A stretch of DNA of 63,900 bases, filler included, from Octopus bimaculoides (lineage: Eukaryota), in assembly GCF_001194135.2 (NCBI RefSeq). It is 9 parts of 7 records of this genome, joined end to end, with 100 filler letters (N's around TTAATTAATTAA, not from the genome) between each part and the next. Parts side by side here need not be neighbours in the genome. Positions count along the whole stretch, not along the records: positions 36,268 to 44,970 come from NC_068982.1; positions 45,071 to 54,398 come from NC_068988.1; 7 more parts are not named here. One strand, written 5' to 3'. Below, piece by piece: positions 37,946-50,330 of this stretch (position 1 is the first letter of the stretch; each line of letters begins with the position of its first letter). A model generated the notes under the pieces. That model was not told where the DNA came from, did not search any database, and was given only the letters and a program-made list of their open reading frames with translations. The position numbers and the translations under genes were made by a program.

Positions 37946-39639
37946 TACGCAGGATCGAGAAACTCCAAGAATATATCGATAGAATGACTCAGAAGAAAAA
38001 CAATAAAAAAAAGATGACCTGAACTAAAACTGCATATTAAATAATATTTGAATCAGCTACTTCTCTATCATTAATTCCTTTTCAGGAGCATAACTGGTTC
38101 CAGTTACTCTACATCTTCAAACACACCAGCAATCTATTCTTTGCACACAATTGGTCGTTTATCGGATATTTCGCTATCACAAAAATGTTGAATGGACATA
38201 TTCTCCTTCCTTTGTCTCCGGCAGTTGCTGGAAAATAGGAAATATAATGACTATCCTAAATTGTAATCATATAATGATTCTTCCTATTTACAAAGAAAAA
38301 TACTTGATTAAGTAGAACGCAGAGATGTAAGACTAATATCGCAAGGCACACAATACCTACTTACATAGTGTATCTAATGCAATGTGGTAACCTACACGGG
38401 GTGAGGGGGCTTTTGACGTAAAGTCAGTTCATTAATCAATGGAGGGAATAATGAATCAACTGTACAGACAGTTATTTGTTGCTGTTTCTTGAGTGATTAG
38501 TCGAAACCGTTCCATCATTTACTCACATAAAATATATCCAGAACGAACCACATGATATTTATGCATAACTCCTTTTTAAAAAATGGCAGGATATGATTTG
38601 AAGGTGATTTGGCTGTTATTTCTAGCAAGTCGTACAATTGCGAAGATGATTGCGGTAGCTGTACTCGTAGTTGATGCTGACTTTCAACCTTAGGTCAGTC
38701 CTGATTGAATAACAGTAAACAATCTTGCTTCTGTATCAGAGACTACATCAATTAATGTTTCCTCTCAGTTTGTGAATTGCGAGCGATTTGGCTGCTATGC
38801 CCTGTAGTTCGAGAACTCCCATGGATGCTCTCCCGGTAATTTGTCAATTCTTAAGAAGTGAAAAGGAAGAAAATAGAGCAAACATTTTATACTAAACAGA
38901 CACTTATACGACATGAAATGAGTTTGAATATCAACTGTGTGAGAGTGTGTTTTAGTGAATAAAAACAAGAAAGAGAGTGAAGTAACAGGAAGAGAAGAAA
39001 GCGAAACATTTTCAGCTCTCCAATTGAGTTGTTTTTGTGGTTAGCTTCACTTCTATAAAAGCAATTATTTTTATATGGATTCCCGAGATATACAAAAGAA
39101 TGATGTTGCTTTTTAACTTAACATTTATTTCATGCTTGAATTTTTGACTGTATTTAGTTTTAATCCGCTTCTGTACACTCTGCCGGGCTATAATTCACTT
39201 TCAATTCTCCGAGGCCGATAAAATAAATTAAATAGCGAGCAAAAGAGAGACGTAAAGTAAGGGAGAACTTATTTAATCAAGTATTTTTCTTTGTAAATAG
39301 GAAGAATCATTATAAGATTACAATTTAGAATGATCATTATATTTCCTGTTTTCCAGCAACTGCCGGAGACAAAGGAAGGAAAATATGTCCATTCAACATT
39401 TTTGCGATAGCGAAATATCCGATAAACGACCAATTGTATGCAAAGAATAGATTGCTGGTATTTTGAAGATGTTGAGTAATAGGAATCAGTTATGCTCTTG
39501 AAAAGGAATTAATGATACAGAAGTAGCTGATTCAAAAATCATTTAATATGCAGTCTCAGTTCAGGTCGTCTTTTTTTATTGGGTTTTTTTTCTTCTGAGT
39601 CATACTACCGATAGACTTGGAGTTTCTCAATGTAGCGTA
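37946..39639. mobile_element. Foldback/long-TIR element: ~365-bp inverted arms around a ~960-bp spacer
   Basis: 37946-38311 is the reverse complement of 39273-39639 with few mismatches (e.g. CTTTGTCTCCGGCAGTTGCTGGAAAA / TTTTCCAGCAACTGCCGGAGACAAAG). Ends read TA|CGC..GCG|TA. Confidence 0.85.
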
Positions 39640-41530
39640 GAATATTTGGAGTTTCTCGGTGTGAGTTAAATGGATGCACGTTTAACGAGTAAGTAAGAGA
39701 TTCTCGAGACATCCTTTGCATTACGAAGTTCAAATTCCTCCAAAACCATTATCGAATTTGGTCCTTCCAAGATCGATGATATAATGTACTTGAGGCGATT
39801 TATTCAAATATACCCTCTCCCAAATTCTAGGAACCCAATCACTTTCCTTATGTTACCAAGAGTTTTCAATATACTGAAAATGAGGAATATGTTAAATATC
39901 AAGGGACCACACAGAAGCTTCCCCATTTCTAACGAATATGTTTTGCTACCATGTTAGGATTGTTGGTTTTGTTGCTATTGTTGTTACTGTTGTTTTATCG
40001 TTGCTTTTTATTGTTTTGTTGTCACTTTTGCTTTTGCTGTGTAACCCCCATCTCGGCCTTAATTGAACATACATATGAGCAAAATCCTTTCCATCTCGAT
40101 TTTTAGATACCCTTTTTTTTTAAGGATGTTACTAGTTAAAGCGAAGCCTCTGAGACCTTCTCTCTTTCTCCGCTTCTCAAGTTCTAGGTAGAAAGCCCCC
40201 TGAATGCTCTTATTCCCACATGTGCGGAATCTAGGTTTACTGCCTTGTGCCTTAAATATTATGATCTGTTCTCTTGATGAGACACCTTTCGGTATGATTT
40301 TCGGGGATCACGAAGACTTGTATGGCCACTGAGACCCTACGCAGCCACAGGACATTCTTGGCTATTTCGGCTCTAACGAGCTCTTCGTAATGTACCACAA
40401 AGGGAACAACGAACCAAAGATTAACGCCGTTATCAAAATCCTTGATTGTGACACAGGTATTATTCGCCAGCACGCTTTAGCGTCCTCTACTCAGTTATAA
40501 AAACTAAGTATACATTCCACTTTCTCTTCCCTCCACTAATAGAAGAGATGCCCCCCCCCCTACACACACATACACATATCGGCTAATGTTAACTGTAACT
40601 GTTCTTTTGAGGCGATAAGGAAAACAGTTCTGCTTTTTCTGGTGCACAGTTTGGTAAGGCTCCGTTAAAGCTGTGCTCTTCTTGTTTACATTTTATTAAG
40701 AGAATTATTTCTCGGCCAGATAGCTAACAGTCAAAAGCTATCTGTCACCAGCAACGTGAGAAAGTTAAAACTGCTGACGTTTACGTTATTTTTTTACAAA
40801 AAAGTATGTGTACGTTGTTACTGTTGTAACTTTAGTGTATGTCATGCAAATTTGCGTTTTTGGATATTAAATCGTGATTGTTTGTACATGAGATTGCATC
40901 TGTTTATTTTATTGACATTTCTCATTTTATTCTGTTTTACTTTTTTTCTTGGATTTTTTTTTTTTCGTGTATTCAACTGTTAAATAATTGTTTGTTTCCA
41001 GAAGTATTCAGTGCTACAGCCTTTCTTCTTATTATCTGTTACTGCTCCTCCAATAGAGGATTTCCACATTGGAAATTATTATAAAAACATTACAACTCGG
41101 AAAAAATAAAATTTCAAATAAATTTTAGAATAGACTGTCTGTCACCTCAGGTAGGCGTCTAATGTTCCAGCGCCTTCTGTTTGTAAAATAATCCAAAAAA
41201 GGAATCATTTCCATCCAGTAAAATTTGATAAAAGAAAACTTTTCGAAGAGATTTATGACGCCTCGATACATGTAAAGTTACATGATAGTAATAATAACCA
41301 CATTAATAACAACAATAACAATAGAAACAATAGTAATCTTTTCATTATTTGCTGTAAGTGGAATTTGTACATGCATACATACACATATACATACAAAGAG
41401 AGTGTGAAAATATTAAAACATTCTTGAAGTCCAGCATGTGATAATATCCACATATGCAATACTACCCATACATACGCCTGTGTGCATGTACATACATACA
41501 TATATTCACACACACACACACACACACACA

Positions 41531-41596
41531 AGACAATCCTCTTTGAAACCAGTTCTTTTTTCGAGAACTAAAATTCGAGAACTAAAACCAAGAACA
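41531..41596 (+). mobile_element. Probable short 3'-UTR remnant of the (TACA)n-associated R4 family
   Basis: GAAACCAGTTCTTT and AACTAAAAC..AAGAACATGCATAC match the module and the 29547 end. Followed by (CATA)n. Confidence 0.4.
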
Positions 41597-42630
41597 TGCA
41601 TACATGCATAGAGAATACAAGAATACATACATACATGCATACATGCATACATACATACATGCATATATACATACATATATACATACATACAAACAAATAT
41701 GCGTGCATAAAAATAAATATTGAAATATAGGCGTTACAAATGCAAATGAAAATGGAACAGAGAAGGCCGCTAAGGACGTTATACAATGAAAGCATTGAAA
41801 AAGTTGTTAGAGATTAAAAAAACGAAAGATACTGTTTTTAAAAATCGTATGAAAACGAAATAATATTTAATCAGAGAAAATAAGAAATAAGTAAACCCCA
41901 CCTCCATACACGAGTTAGAAAACTCCACCCAGATCAGTTTAGAGCTCCGATTACTTCTGATCTTATTTATCTGGCACCTTTCGCTGAACTCATATTCTTC
42001 TCTGCACTTGCTCTTACTAAAATTAACCCTGAGCAAGCAATTTTATGAGGTGGAGTAATGAAAGAACGTCCTACGTCCCTAGTTATGGTTTGCGTAATAT
42101 TTTTCGTAGGCGTTTTCGAAGGTTTGCGTTAATACCCTCTACTTGTCAGATGTTACGTCTACAGAACACATTGCTTTACTAATCTGGTCTCAAAATATTC
42201 ACGCAAAGCCTTAAGAGTTTTCCATCAATTCATCGTTTATTGTTTGGAGAACTATGCACATTTTCTTCTTAAGGTGAGGGCGGAATCCTTTCTGACTAAT
42301 TTTGCTTTCTTCATCTTGAATTGTACAGATTTTTCTGGTTCTTTTTCACTTTTTTGTCCATCCCGCTGTTTCCCGTATTCACTTTTCAATTCCTCTTCAA
42401 TATCACAAGATAGACGTAACCAGTATCATCATCACGAGGATGGTGATATGGTTTACATACAGGAGATGGGGGTCTTCGGCTATCCAGTCGGCCCTTGAAA
42501 CCGAGAACGAAGTAGAAAATGAACAACAACAAATATCTCCAGTTACGGCGGCAAGGAAATAAAGATCCCCAGACTGAGATGTCCGAGATGTGTTGTTGTA
42601 ATTATAAGATGGCAAAAATAACAGTATAGT

Positions 42631-43045
42631 TATTAGGTTGTGAAGAAAGTTCTTGCGGAAGTTTTAATTTTGGTTTTAAATGATGTATTTTCAAATTAAT
42701 TTTCGTTAAACTACTTTGACTTTATATATCATTTTAAAGACCATTTTTCGCTATATCTAATCGTGTTACTCTCTTTCTTTTTGAATATTTAGGCCATTTT
42801 TTCCGGAACGTTGAATGCAACATGGACAAAAAGCAAATTCGCACAATTTTCTTATTCCAGTTCAAGCTAGGCCGAAAAGCTACTGAAACAGCTCGCGATA
42901 TCAACGATGTGTTTGGCCCAGGAACCACTACTGAACGTATAACACAATGGTGGTTCAAGAAATTTCGTAGCGGTAACAAGAGTCTTGAAGATGATAAGCG
43001 TAGTGGTCGGCCATCAGATTTTGACAACGATCAACTAAGATCCTG
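42631..43045 (+). mobile_element. Hsmar1/cecropia-like mariner 5' fragment (TIR plus DNA-binding domain)
   Basis: TA|TTAGGTTGTGAAGAAAGTTCTTGCGG TIR. ORF from 42822: MDKKQIRTIFLFQFKLGRKATETARDINDVFGPGT..QWWFKKFRSGNKSLEDDKRSGRPSDFDNDQLR. Confidence 0.9.
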
Positions 43046-43055
43046 CAGAAGTTGA

Positions 43056-43505
43056 ACGAATTGGGCACATCACACCACCACGCACACACTAGTACTGACC
43101 ACTTCTCAGCCCTACATCCACACATCTACACATACACACACGCACATGTCAAGGTCACCAGCCTTCTTCTACACGCACATACATACTCTTTTATACACAC
43201 GCACGCGCACCTTCGTTTTGGGATCACCACTACTTTATTATCTCCCCTTCTTCCTAGCTCTCCTGTGTGACCCCACTATCCGGCATTCACCATGATAGAT
43301 CGCTAGCCACTATACATTCTTTATTTCCCTCTTTGTTTCTTTGTGTGTTTCTTTCTGTGTTTCTTTCTGTGTTCCTTTCTGTGGAAGAGCGTAGGCTCGA
43401 AACGTTAAAGACATTTTCACTTCCCGAGTGTTAAACTGATACATCTGTTTGTTGTCTACACCACCTGTCTTCGTCCTTTGTTTTTTTTCTGTGAATTCTC
43501 CCCCT
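43056..43505 (+). mobile_element. Penelope-like terminal repeat fragment carrying a hammerhead motif
   Basis: Shares CGCACGCG.ACCTTCGTTTTGGGATCACCA.TACTTT with 53053-53090. Contains the hammerhead at 43375-43410. The Penelope assignment is inferred from the ribozyme type. Confidence 0.5.
43375..43410 (+). ncRNA. Minimal type I hammerhead ribozyme motif
   Basis: CTTT-CTGTGGA-A-GAGC-GTAG-GCTC-GAA-ACGT-T-AAAG: stem I 4 bp, perfect stem II, palindromic stem III, A6 changed to U. Confidence 0.55.
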
Positions 43506-43554
43506 TTATATATGTATAGTTATATATGATATACAGGGATTAGTTTTGCTACAT

Positions 43555-43925
43555 ATATTTTTTTATTCTTTGACTTGTTCCAGACATTTGACTGCGGCCA
43601 TGCTGGAGCACCGGCTTTAGTCGAACTAATCGACCTCAGGATTTATTCTTTGAAAGCCTAGTACTTATTCTATCGGTCTTTTGTTACGGGGACGTAAACA
43701 CACCAACATCGGCTGTCAAGCGATCGCGTGGTGATAAACACATACACAAATAACAAGCACACGCATACATATACATGTATATATACGACGGGCTTCTTTC
43801 AGTTTCCGTCTACTAAATCCACTCTCAAGGCTATAGTAGAAGACACTTGCCCAAAGTGCCACGCAGTGGGACTGGATACAGAACCATATGGTTGGGAAAC
43901 AAGCTTCTTGCCACACAGCCAGGAC
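43555..43925 (-). mobile_element. SINE family A copy
   Basis: Reverse-complement homology. Confidence 0.85.
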
Positions 43926-45070
43926 ATATTTTAAAATTTGGATATATTAATAATACTATCTATATTCCGAATACTTGTCTGATCTTCAAACACAGAAATT
44001 GCATCACATACACGAAGTTGTGCAGTGTCTAAATAGTTATTCCCAACAGTTAACAATGAATGCTTGTGAGTTGTTTTATTGTTTTAGTTACAAAACGCAG
44101 AATAGCGTCTAGAAACATTTGCAAGAACTTCGAGACTGGTGAGGAGAAAGAAACCAATTTCCTCAGATTGGAAACATGCAACAAAGTATATCCCGCTAAA
44201 ACCCCGAAGGATCACATGGTTGCGTTTAACCATGAAATGGATTATATGGAGATCAACTGGCTCTCACAAAGTTTTCGTACACACACTTTCATTTTAAAAA
44301 AACTTGGATCATCTTCATGGCGTTGTAAAAAAAACTTGCTCAAGGTAACACGTTGTAATATCGAAACCGGAAGCACGTGATTGCTAAGCGAACGTCTAAA
44401 CATGCAGCCGTACCTATTACCATATTGTACTGTGTCTTAATGATTTAAAAGTGAATGAAAAGATAACATAAAGTATATCCGTTTCAAACAATGAATTCAC
44501 AATAAGCTTTGTGCTAATATTTCAGTGGAACTTTAGATTATATTTAACATTATTATATTATGATAACTCTTGTGTCTCAAGTATAACTGTGTTCTTTTAT
44601 AAATTGTCAAAGAATGGGAATAGCAGGAAGAGAAAATCAGTAATTGCTCTTTGTGGCCATATGTAATATCAAACACCAAAACGGTTAAAGAATAGTCTAT
44701 AAAAAAGAGATTGTTATAATTAGTGTTGAAAAAAAACAATAAGCAGCATGGTCATATCCGGAAGGAAATGGGAAAAAATCATTTTTGTACCCAGGAGAAC
44801 TAAATTAATTGGCAATTGACAACTATTTCAAATGTTTTATAATGTGATTATTGAATCCTTTTCTAATTCGTGAATGAAATGCATCACTAAAGCACGTAAA
44901 TGAATGAGAAAAACTATTTTATTCATGAATTTAAAAAGTCATGTATATATATATATATATATATATATATNNNNNNNNNNNNNNNNNNNNNNNNNNNNNN
45001 NNNNNNNNNNNNNNTTAATTAATTAANNNNNNNNNNNNNNNNNNNNNNNNNNNNNNNNNNNNNNNNNNNN

Positions 45071-45140
<70 letters not shown>

Positions 45141-45165
45141 ATTATTATTATTATTATTATTATTA
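45071..45165. repeat. (TAT)n microsatellite
   Basis: Direct reading. Confidence 0.9.
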
Positions 45166-45975
45166 AGTTTTGTATTGTCGTTTTTGCAAACTTTTATCAT
45201 TAGAAGGAAGGCAAGTCTACCGTATTATATGCATAGTAGATATGCACACGATGAGATTGTAAAGGATTTAACAGGGATATGGAGGCGTATTTAGAAGTGA
45301 TGGGTCTCCGAGAACTGCAGCAAGTAATTCATGTTAAGAATTATAAAAAAAAGGAAAAAAAAAAACAGAACCAAAATGGAATTGTAATTGAAGACGAAGC
45401 AAGTCTTCATCTTCTGACACAATTCCATTCACATTCTAAGATACTTCACAAGAATATGATATCGATTATATCGAGTTTTTGATTAATGCTTTATATTATC
45501 GATCTGAGGAATAATAAAGATGTAAGAACGATCTTAGAGGGATCCGAACTCAGAATGCAGATGGACGTAAGGAAAAATGATGAATTATTTTGTCCGCCTC
45601 TAGCGATTCTGCCAATACAAACAGTTAAGTGAATGGATGAGAGGTTAGGCATTTTGTTGTTATTTTGTGTAACTGTTCTATAATTATTGGAAACCCCGCC
45701 TTACTGATTTCATCATTGCTCAGCTCCAAGTATCTTGGGTTCTCCTAAAATCCGCCCACTCATACACACAAATGCTTATCATGTTTATCAGTAGTAATGT
45801 CTAATCTTCTTACACCTTAACAACAGCACAACTACCATCCTCCATCCGGGTCACGTAGGGTTGCTCTGACATTAGGCAATGCTTAGTTCTGGTGATAAGA
45901 ACGATATTTTCAGGACGTTTAGTCGATGTTGCTAGAGGTTGAAGGTCGTTTATGCTCGTACGTACACTTTGGTCT

Positions 45976-46010
<35 letters not shown>

Positions 46011-46012
<2 letters not shown>

Positions 46013-46468
46013 TCTTTTACTCTTTTACTTGTTTCAGTCATTTGACTGTGGCCATGCTGGAGCACCACCTTTTTTAGTCGACCAAATCGACCCCAGGACT
46101 TATTCTTTGTAAGCCTAGTACTTATTCTATCGGTCTCGTTTTGCCGAACCGTTAAGTTACGGGGACGTANNNNNNNNNNNNNNNNNNNNNNNNNNNNNNN
46201 NNNNNNNNNNNNNNNNNNNNNNNNNNNNNNNNNNNNNNNNNNNNNNNNNNNNNNNNNNNNNNNNNNNNNNNNNNNNNNNNNNNNNNNATATATATATATA
46301 TATATATACGACAGGCTTCTTTCAGTTTCCGTCTACCAAATCCACTCACAAGGCTTTGGTCGGCCCGAAGCTATAGTAGAAGACACTTGCCCAAGGTACC
46401 ACGCAGTGGGACTGAACCCGGAACCATGTGGTTGGTAGGCAAGCTACTTACCACACAGCCACTCCTGC
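46011..46468 (-). mobile_element. SINE family A copy flanked by (TA)n on both sides
   Basis: Near-consensus copy; TA runs at 45979-46010 and 46469-46480. Confidence 0.9.
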
Positions 46469-46502
46469 ATATATATATATCTTACGGTATGCAAGTTTCA
46501 CT

Positions 46503-46638
46503 AGTATTTAATTTATCGACCCCGAAAGGATGAAAGGCAAAATCGACCTTGGTAGAATTTGAACTCAGAACGTAGAGACGAGAGAAATACCGACAAGCAT
46601 TTCACCCAGCGTGCTAACGATTCTACCAGCTCATCGCT
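46503..46638 (-). mobile_element. SINE family B copy
   Basis: Reverse-complement homology to 9870-10082. Confidence 0.8.
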
Positions 46639-47099
46639 CTATATACATGTTAATAAATAGCTCGACGTATTTGTTGTGGCAACTTTTTGTGGTGTAAGTA
46701 TTGGCCCATATGGCTAATAAAGACAGCATTATTTTATTAATATTGTTTTCTTAATTAATATTTATCTTTTCAAAGGATTTTATCTGTGTGGTTATATATG
46801 TGTTTGTGCATGAGTGTGTGTGTGGTGTGTGTTAATCTATGTACGTGTGCTGTGTAAGACGTAATGTCTTAATATTGTGTGTGCCTGTGTATATATGGAT
46901 ATGGTTATGTACGTGTATACGAGTGTGTATGTGTGTGTGCGTGTATGTGTGTATGTATGTGTGTATGTGTGTGTGTGCGTGTGTGTTTCTGTTGTTCTTT
47001 ATCTAGAAACATGAAAGACATATAAAAGCAAAGCTTTGATAGAAAAAATAGGGAGAACTGATTATGGCGGCGACGACAACGGTGAAAATGGCGATAACG

Positions 47100-47640
47100 A
47101 TTGATTATGATTGATGATGATGATGATGATGACGATTGTGATGATGATGATGATTGTGATAGTGATGGTGATGATGTTGATAATGACAAAGACGAAGCAC
47201 GTTAATAAATTCGGAGAAATGCACACTCATGCACACACACGCACACATACACACACACTCACACATACACACTCACACACAGACACACACATACACACAC
47301 ACACTCACACACACACTCACACACACACTCACACACACACTCACACACACATACACATGCAAACACACACACACAAACTCACACGCATGCATACACTCAC
47401 TCACACACACACTCACAGACACTCACACATACACATTCACACACACACATACATACACTCACACACAAATACACACACACTCACACACATGCAAACACAC
47501 ACACACAAACTCACACGCATGCATACACTCACATACACACACACTCACAGACACTCACACATACACATTCACACACACATACATACACTCACACACATAT
47601 ACACGCACACACACAGGCACACACATATATTAGAAAGTGA
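47100..47640. repeat. (GAT)n plus complex (CA)n minisatellite with a ~130-bp tandem duplication
   Basis: Block ACATGCAAACACACACACACAAACTCACACGCATGCATACACTCAC occurs at about 47354 and 47487. Confidence 0.8.
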
Positions 47641-48304
47641 TTCGTAATCCTCTTTTACAGTAAAACGACATGACTAAGATTGAACAGGATAGATAATGGT
47701 ATTATAGCAAACACAGATACCAACACACGCACACACACACACAAACACACATATACACAAATACACACACACACACACACGGACGTACGCATACATGCAC
47801 GTGCACGCACGCACACGCACACATATACTAAGAAATCAACGAAGTATTCTACTGTACAACACTCAGATATTAAGCAAAAGCTAGGTACGATGGCCTTTAA
47901 AGACACTTTCGATTTATTCTTAAAGACATAAATGCCACACATGCGGTAACCATCATCAACAATAGTTTAGTTTATTACGTAGTAATATGTTATAGTTAAA
48001 ATATTCTGGATTAAACGTTAAGTGTAAACGCATCAAACGAAAGAGCAAGGCTAAGACAAAGAGTTGATCGAAAATAACGACTGCATTCAAAATTCATTAT
48101 CTAAAAATCTGACAAAGAAGTGTTATGTTTATCATGACTATGTAGGGGACTTGTGTGACTAGAAAACTTTCATAAAACCGCCGTTGTAAGTTTATGAAAA
48201 TGTCACGTAAAGAATAATTGAAGATTATATACGGCATCTGTGTATAATGCTTAAAGTAAGTACACTTTTGATTAGCATGATGCTGTGGGTTTTGACTGAG
48301 AAAG

Positions 48305-48690
48305 ACATGGCTGTGTGGTAAGTAGCTTGCTTACCAACCACACGGTTCCGGGTTCAGTCCCACTGCGTAGCACCTTGAGCAAGTGTCTTCTACTATAGCC
48401 TCGGGCCGACCAAAGCTTTGTGAGTGGATTTGGTAGACAGAAACTGAAAGAAGCCCGTCGTATATATNNNNNNNNNNGTGTGTGTGTGTGTGTGTGTGTG
48501 TGTCAACCTCGCTTGACAACCAATGCTGGTGTGTTTACGTCCCCGTAGCTTAGCGGTTCGGCAAAAGAACCGATAGAATAAGTACTAGACTTACAAAGAA
48601 TAAGTGCTGGTGGTCGATATGCTCGATCAAAGGCGGTGGTCCAGCATGGCCGCAGTCAAATGACTGAAACAAGTAAAAGAAAGAAAAGAA
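48305..48690 (+). mobile_element. SINE family A copy
   Basis: Near-consensus homology. Confidence 0.9.
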
Positions 48691-48894
48691 AAAAAAAAGA
48701 AATATATCAGGGCGTGACAAAAATTGCCTCAGCAACAACTCATGGAAACGCTAGACGCGTTTTGGAACTTGCCGAAGATGTGTATCCTGCAGTCACGTGC
48801 CAAGACGAAACCTGTCCGTTCCGACACATAGCGAACGCAACATGCCGATGAAGCGATGCCACAGCAATTTTGGGGGAGGATATTCGTCGATCAC

Positions 48895-49048
48895 ATCGGC
48901 TCCGGTGTTCAATTAGTACTTATTTTATCGACTCCGAAAGGATGAAGGGCAAAGTCAACCTCGGTGAAATTTGAACTCAGAGCGTAAAGCCGGACGAAAT
49001 CCTGATAAGCATTTTGTCCGGCGTGCTAATGATTCTGCCAGCTCGCTA
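48895..49048 (-). mobile_element. SINE family B copy
   Basis: Reverse-complement homology. Confidence 0.8.
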
Positions 49049-49609
49049 GGCATAACTTATTTTTACCAGCACATGGTACCACAACCAACTATAATGGCAA
49101 AGAGAGAAAAGATCGACAAATCTCAAAGCGTGGATGTTTGCCACACAACATTCACACACACAAAAAAAGCAACTGCTCAAATGCCTTTTAACTACACAAA
49201 TATAAGCGTTTTATGATTGTTGCTATAGTAACAAATATTCAACGCCACCTATAACAGAATAAATGTAATCAATAATGATTGGGATCTAAAAGAAACAATA
49301 AAGAAAATAGGTGAATTGATTATTTAACAAAAAGAAAAAAATCCTTTCACATCGATCAACAGAACCATCTCTTCAAGTTGCGAATAAATAAATGTACTCG
49401 GGAAAACAATGGACAAATACAACCCGGCACTTCATGCGTGTCTTTGTAGTGAAGCAAATCCAAGCAGCAATGCATTAATTATGTTAATTTATTCAGTAGT
49501 CATGGTGATTGAATATGTTAATTAATTGAGTCGTCATACTGATATGGAAATCAACTGGTTTTGACCCTGATGCAGTAAGTTTCTCCTCCACTAAGTTCAA
49601 TGAAATTAC

Positions 49610-50330
49610 GGGCACAGGTGTGGTGGTGCGGTTAGGAAGCATGCCTTGCAAACACGTGGCTTCGGGTTCAGTTCCACTGCGTGATATTTTGGGCAAGTTT
49701 GGGGCCAACCAATACATTGGCAGGAAACTTGGTAATCGGAATTTGAAAACCCATCATATACACACACACGCTCACACACACACAGATACATATACACACA
49801 AACACGCTCACACACAGATACATATACACACAAACAGGCTCACACACAGATACATATACACACAAACACGCTCACACACACAGATGCACACATACACACA
49901 CACACACACACACACTCACACACACACAGATATATATGTATATAATCCCCCAATCACGTAGTTCTGGTTTCAGTCCCAATGAGTGGCACTGTGGACAAGT
50001 GTCTTCTACTATAGCCTTGTGAGTGGATTTGGAAGACGGAAACTGAAAGAAGCCCATCATATATATGTATATATGTGTGTGTATATGTGTGTGTATATGT
50101 GTGTATGTGTGTGTATGGGTGTTTGTGTGTATGTGTGTATATGTGCGAGTATGTATGTCTTTGTGTCAGTGTTTGTTCCCACCACCGCTTAACAACAGGT
50201 ATCGGTGTGTTTGCATCCCCGTAACTTAGTGGTTCGGCAAAAGAGACCGATAGAGAAAGTGCTATGCTTTGAAAAAAAGACAGTACTGAGATTGATTCAT
50301 TCGACTAAAATGTCTTCAAGGCGGTGCCCC
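49610..50330 (+). mobile_element. Two SINE family A units (head plus expanded CA minisatellite, then a near-full copy)
   Basis: Heads at about 49610-49750 and 49955-50060; tail ends near 50330. Confidence 0.7.

Noticed and set aside
40717-40744. 9-bp hairpin CAGATAGCT/AGCTATCTG
   Set aside because: Short enough to arise by chance in 64 kb; no context.
42244-42615. Charged, protein-like short frames on both strands
   Set aside because: No recognisable family, and the frames are broken by stops.
47111-47647. 178-aa His/Thr-rich ORF
   Set aside because: Translation of (GAT)n and a CA minisatellite.
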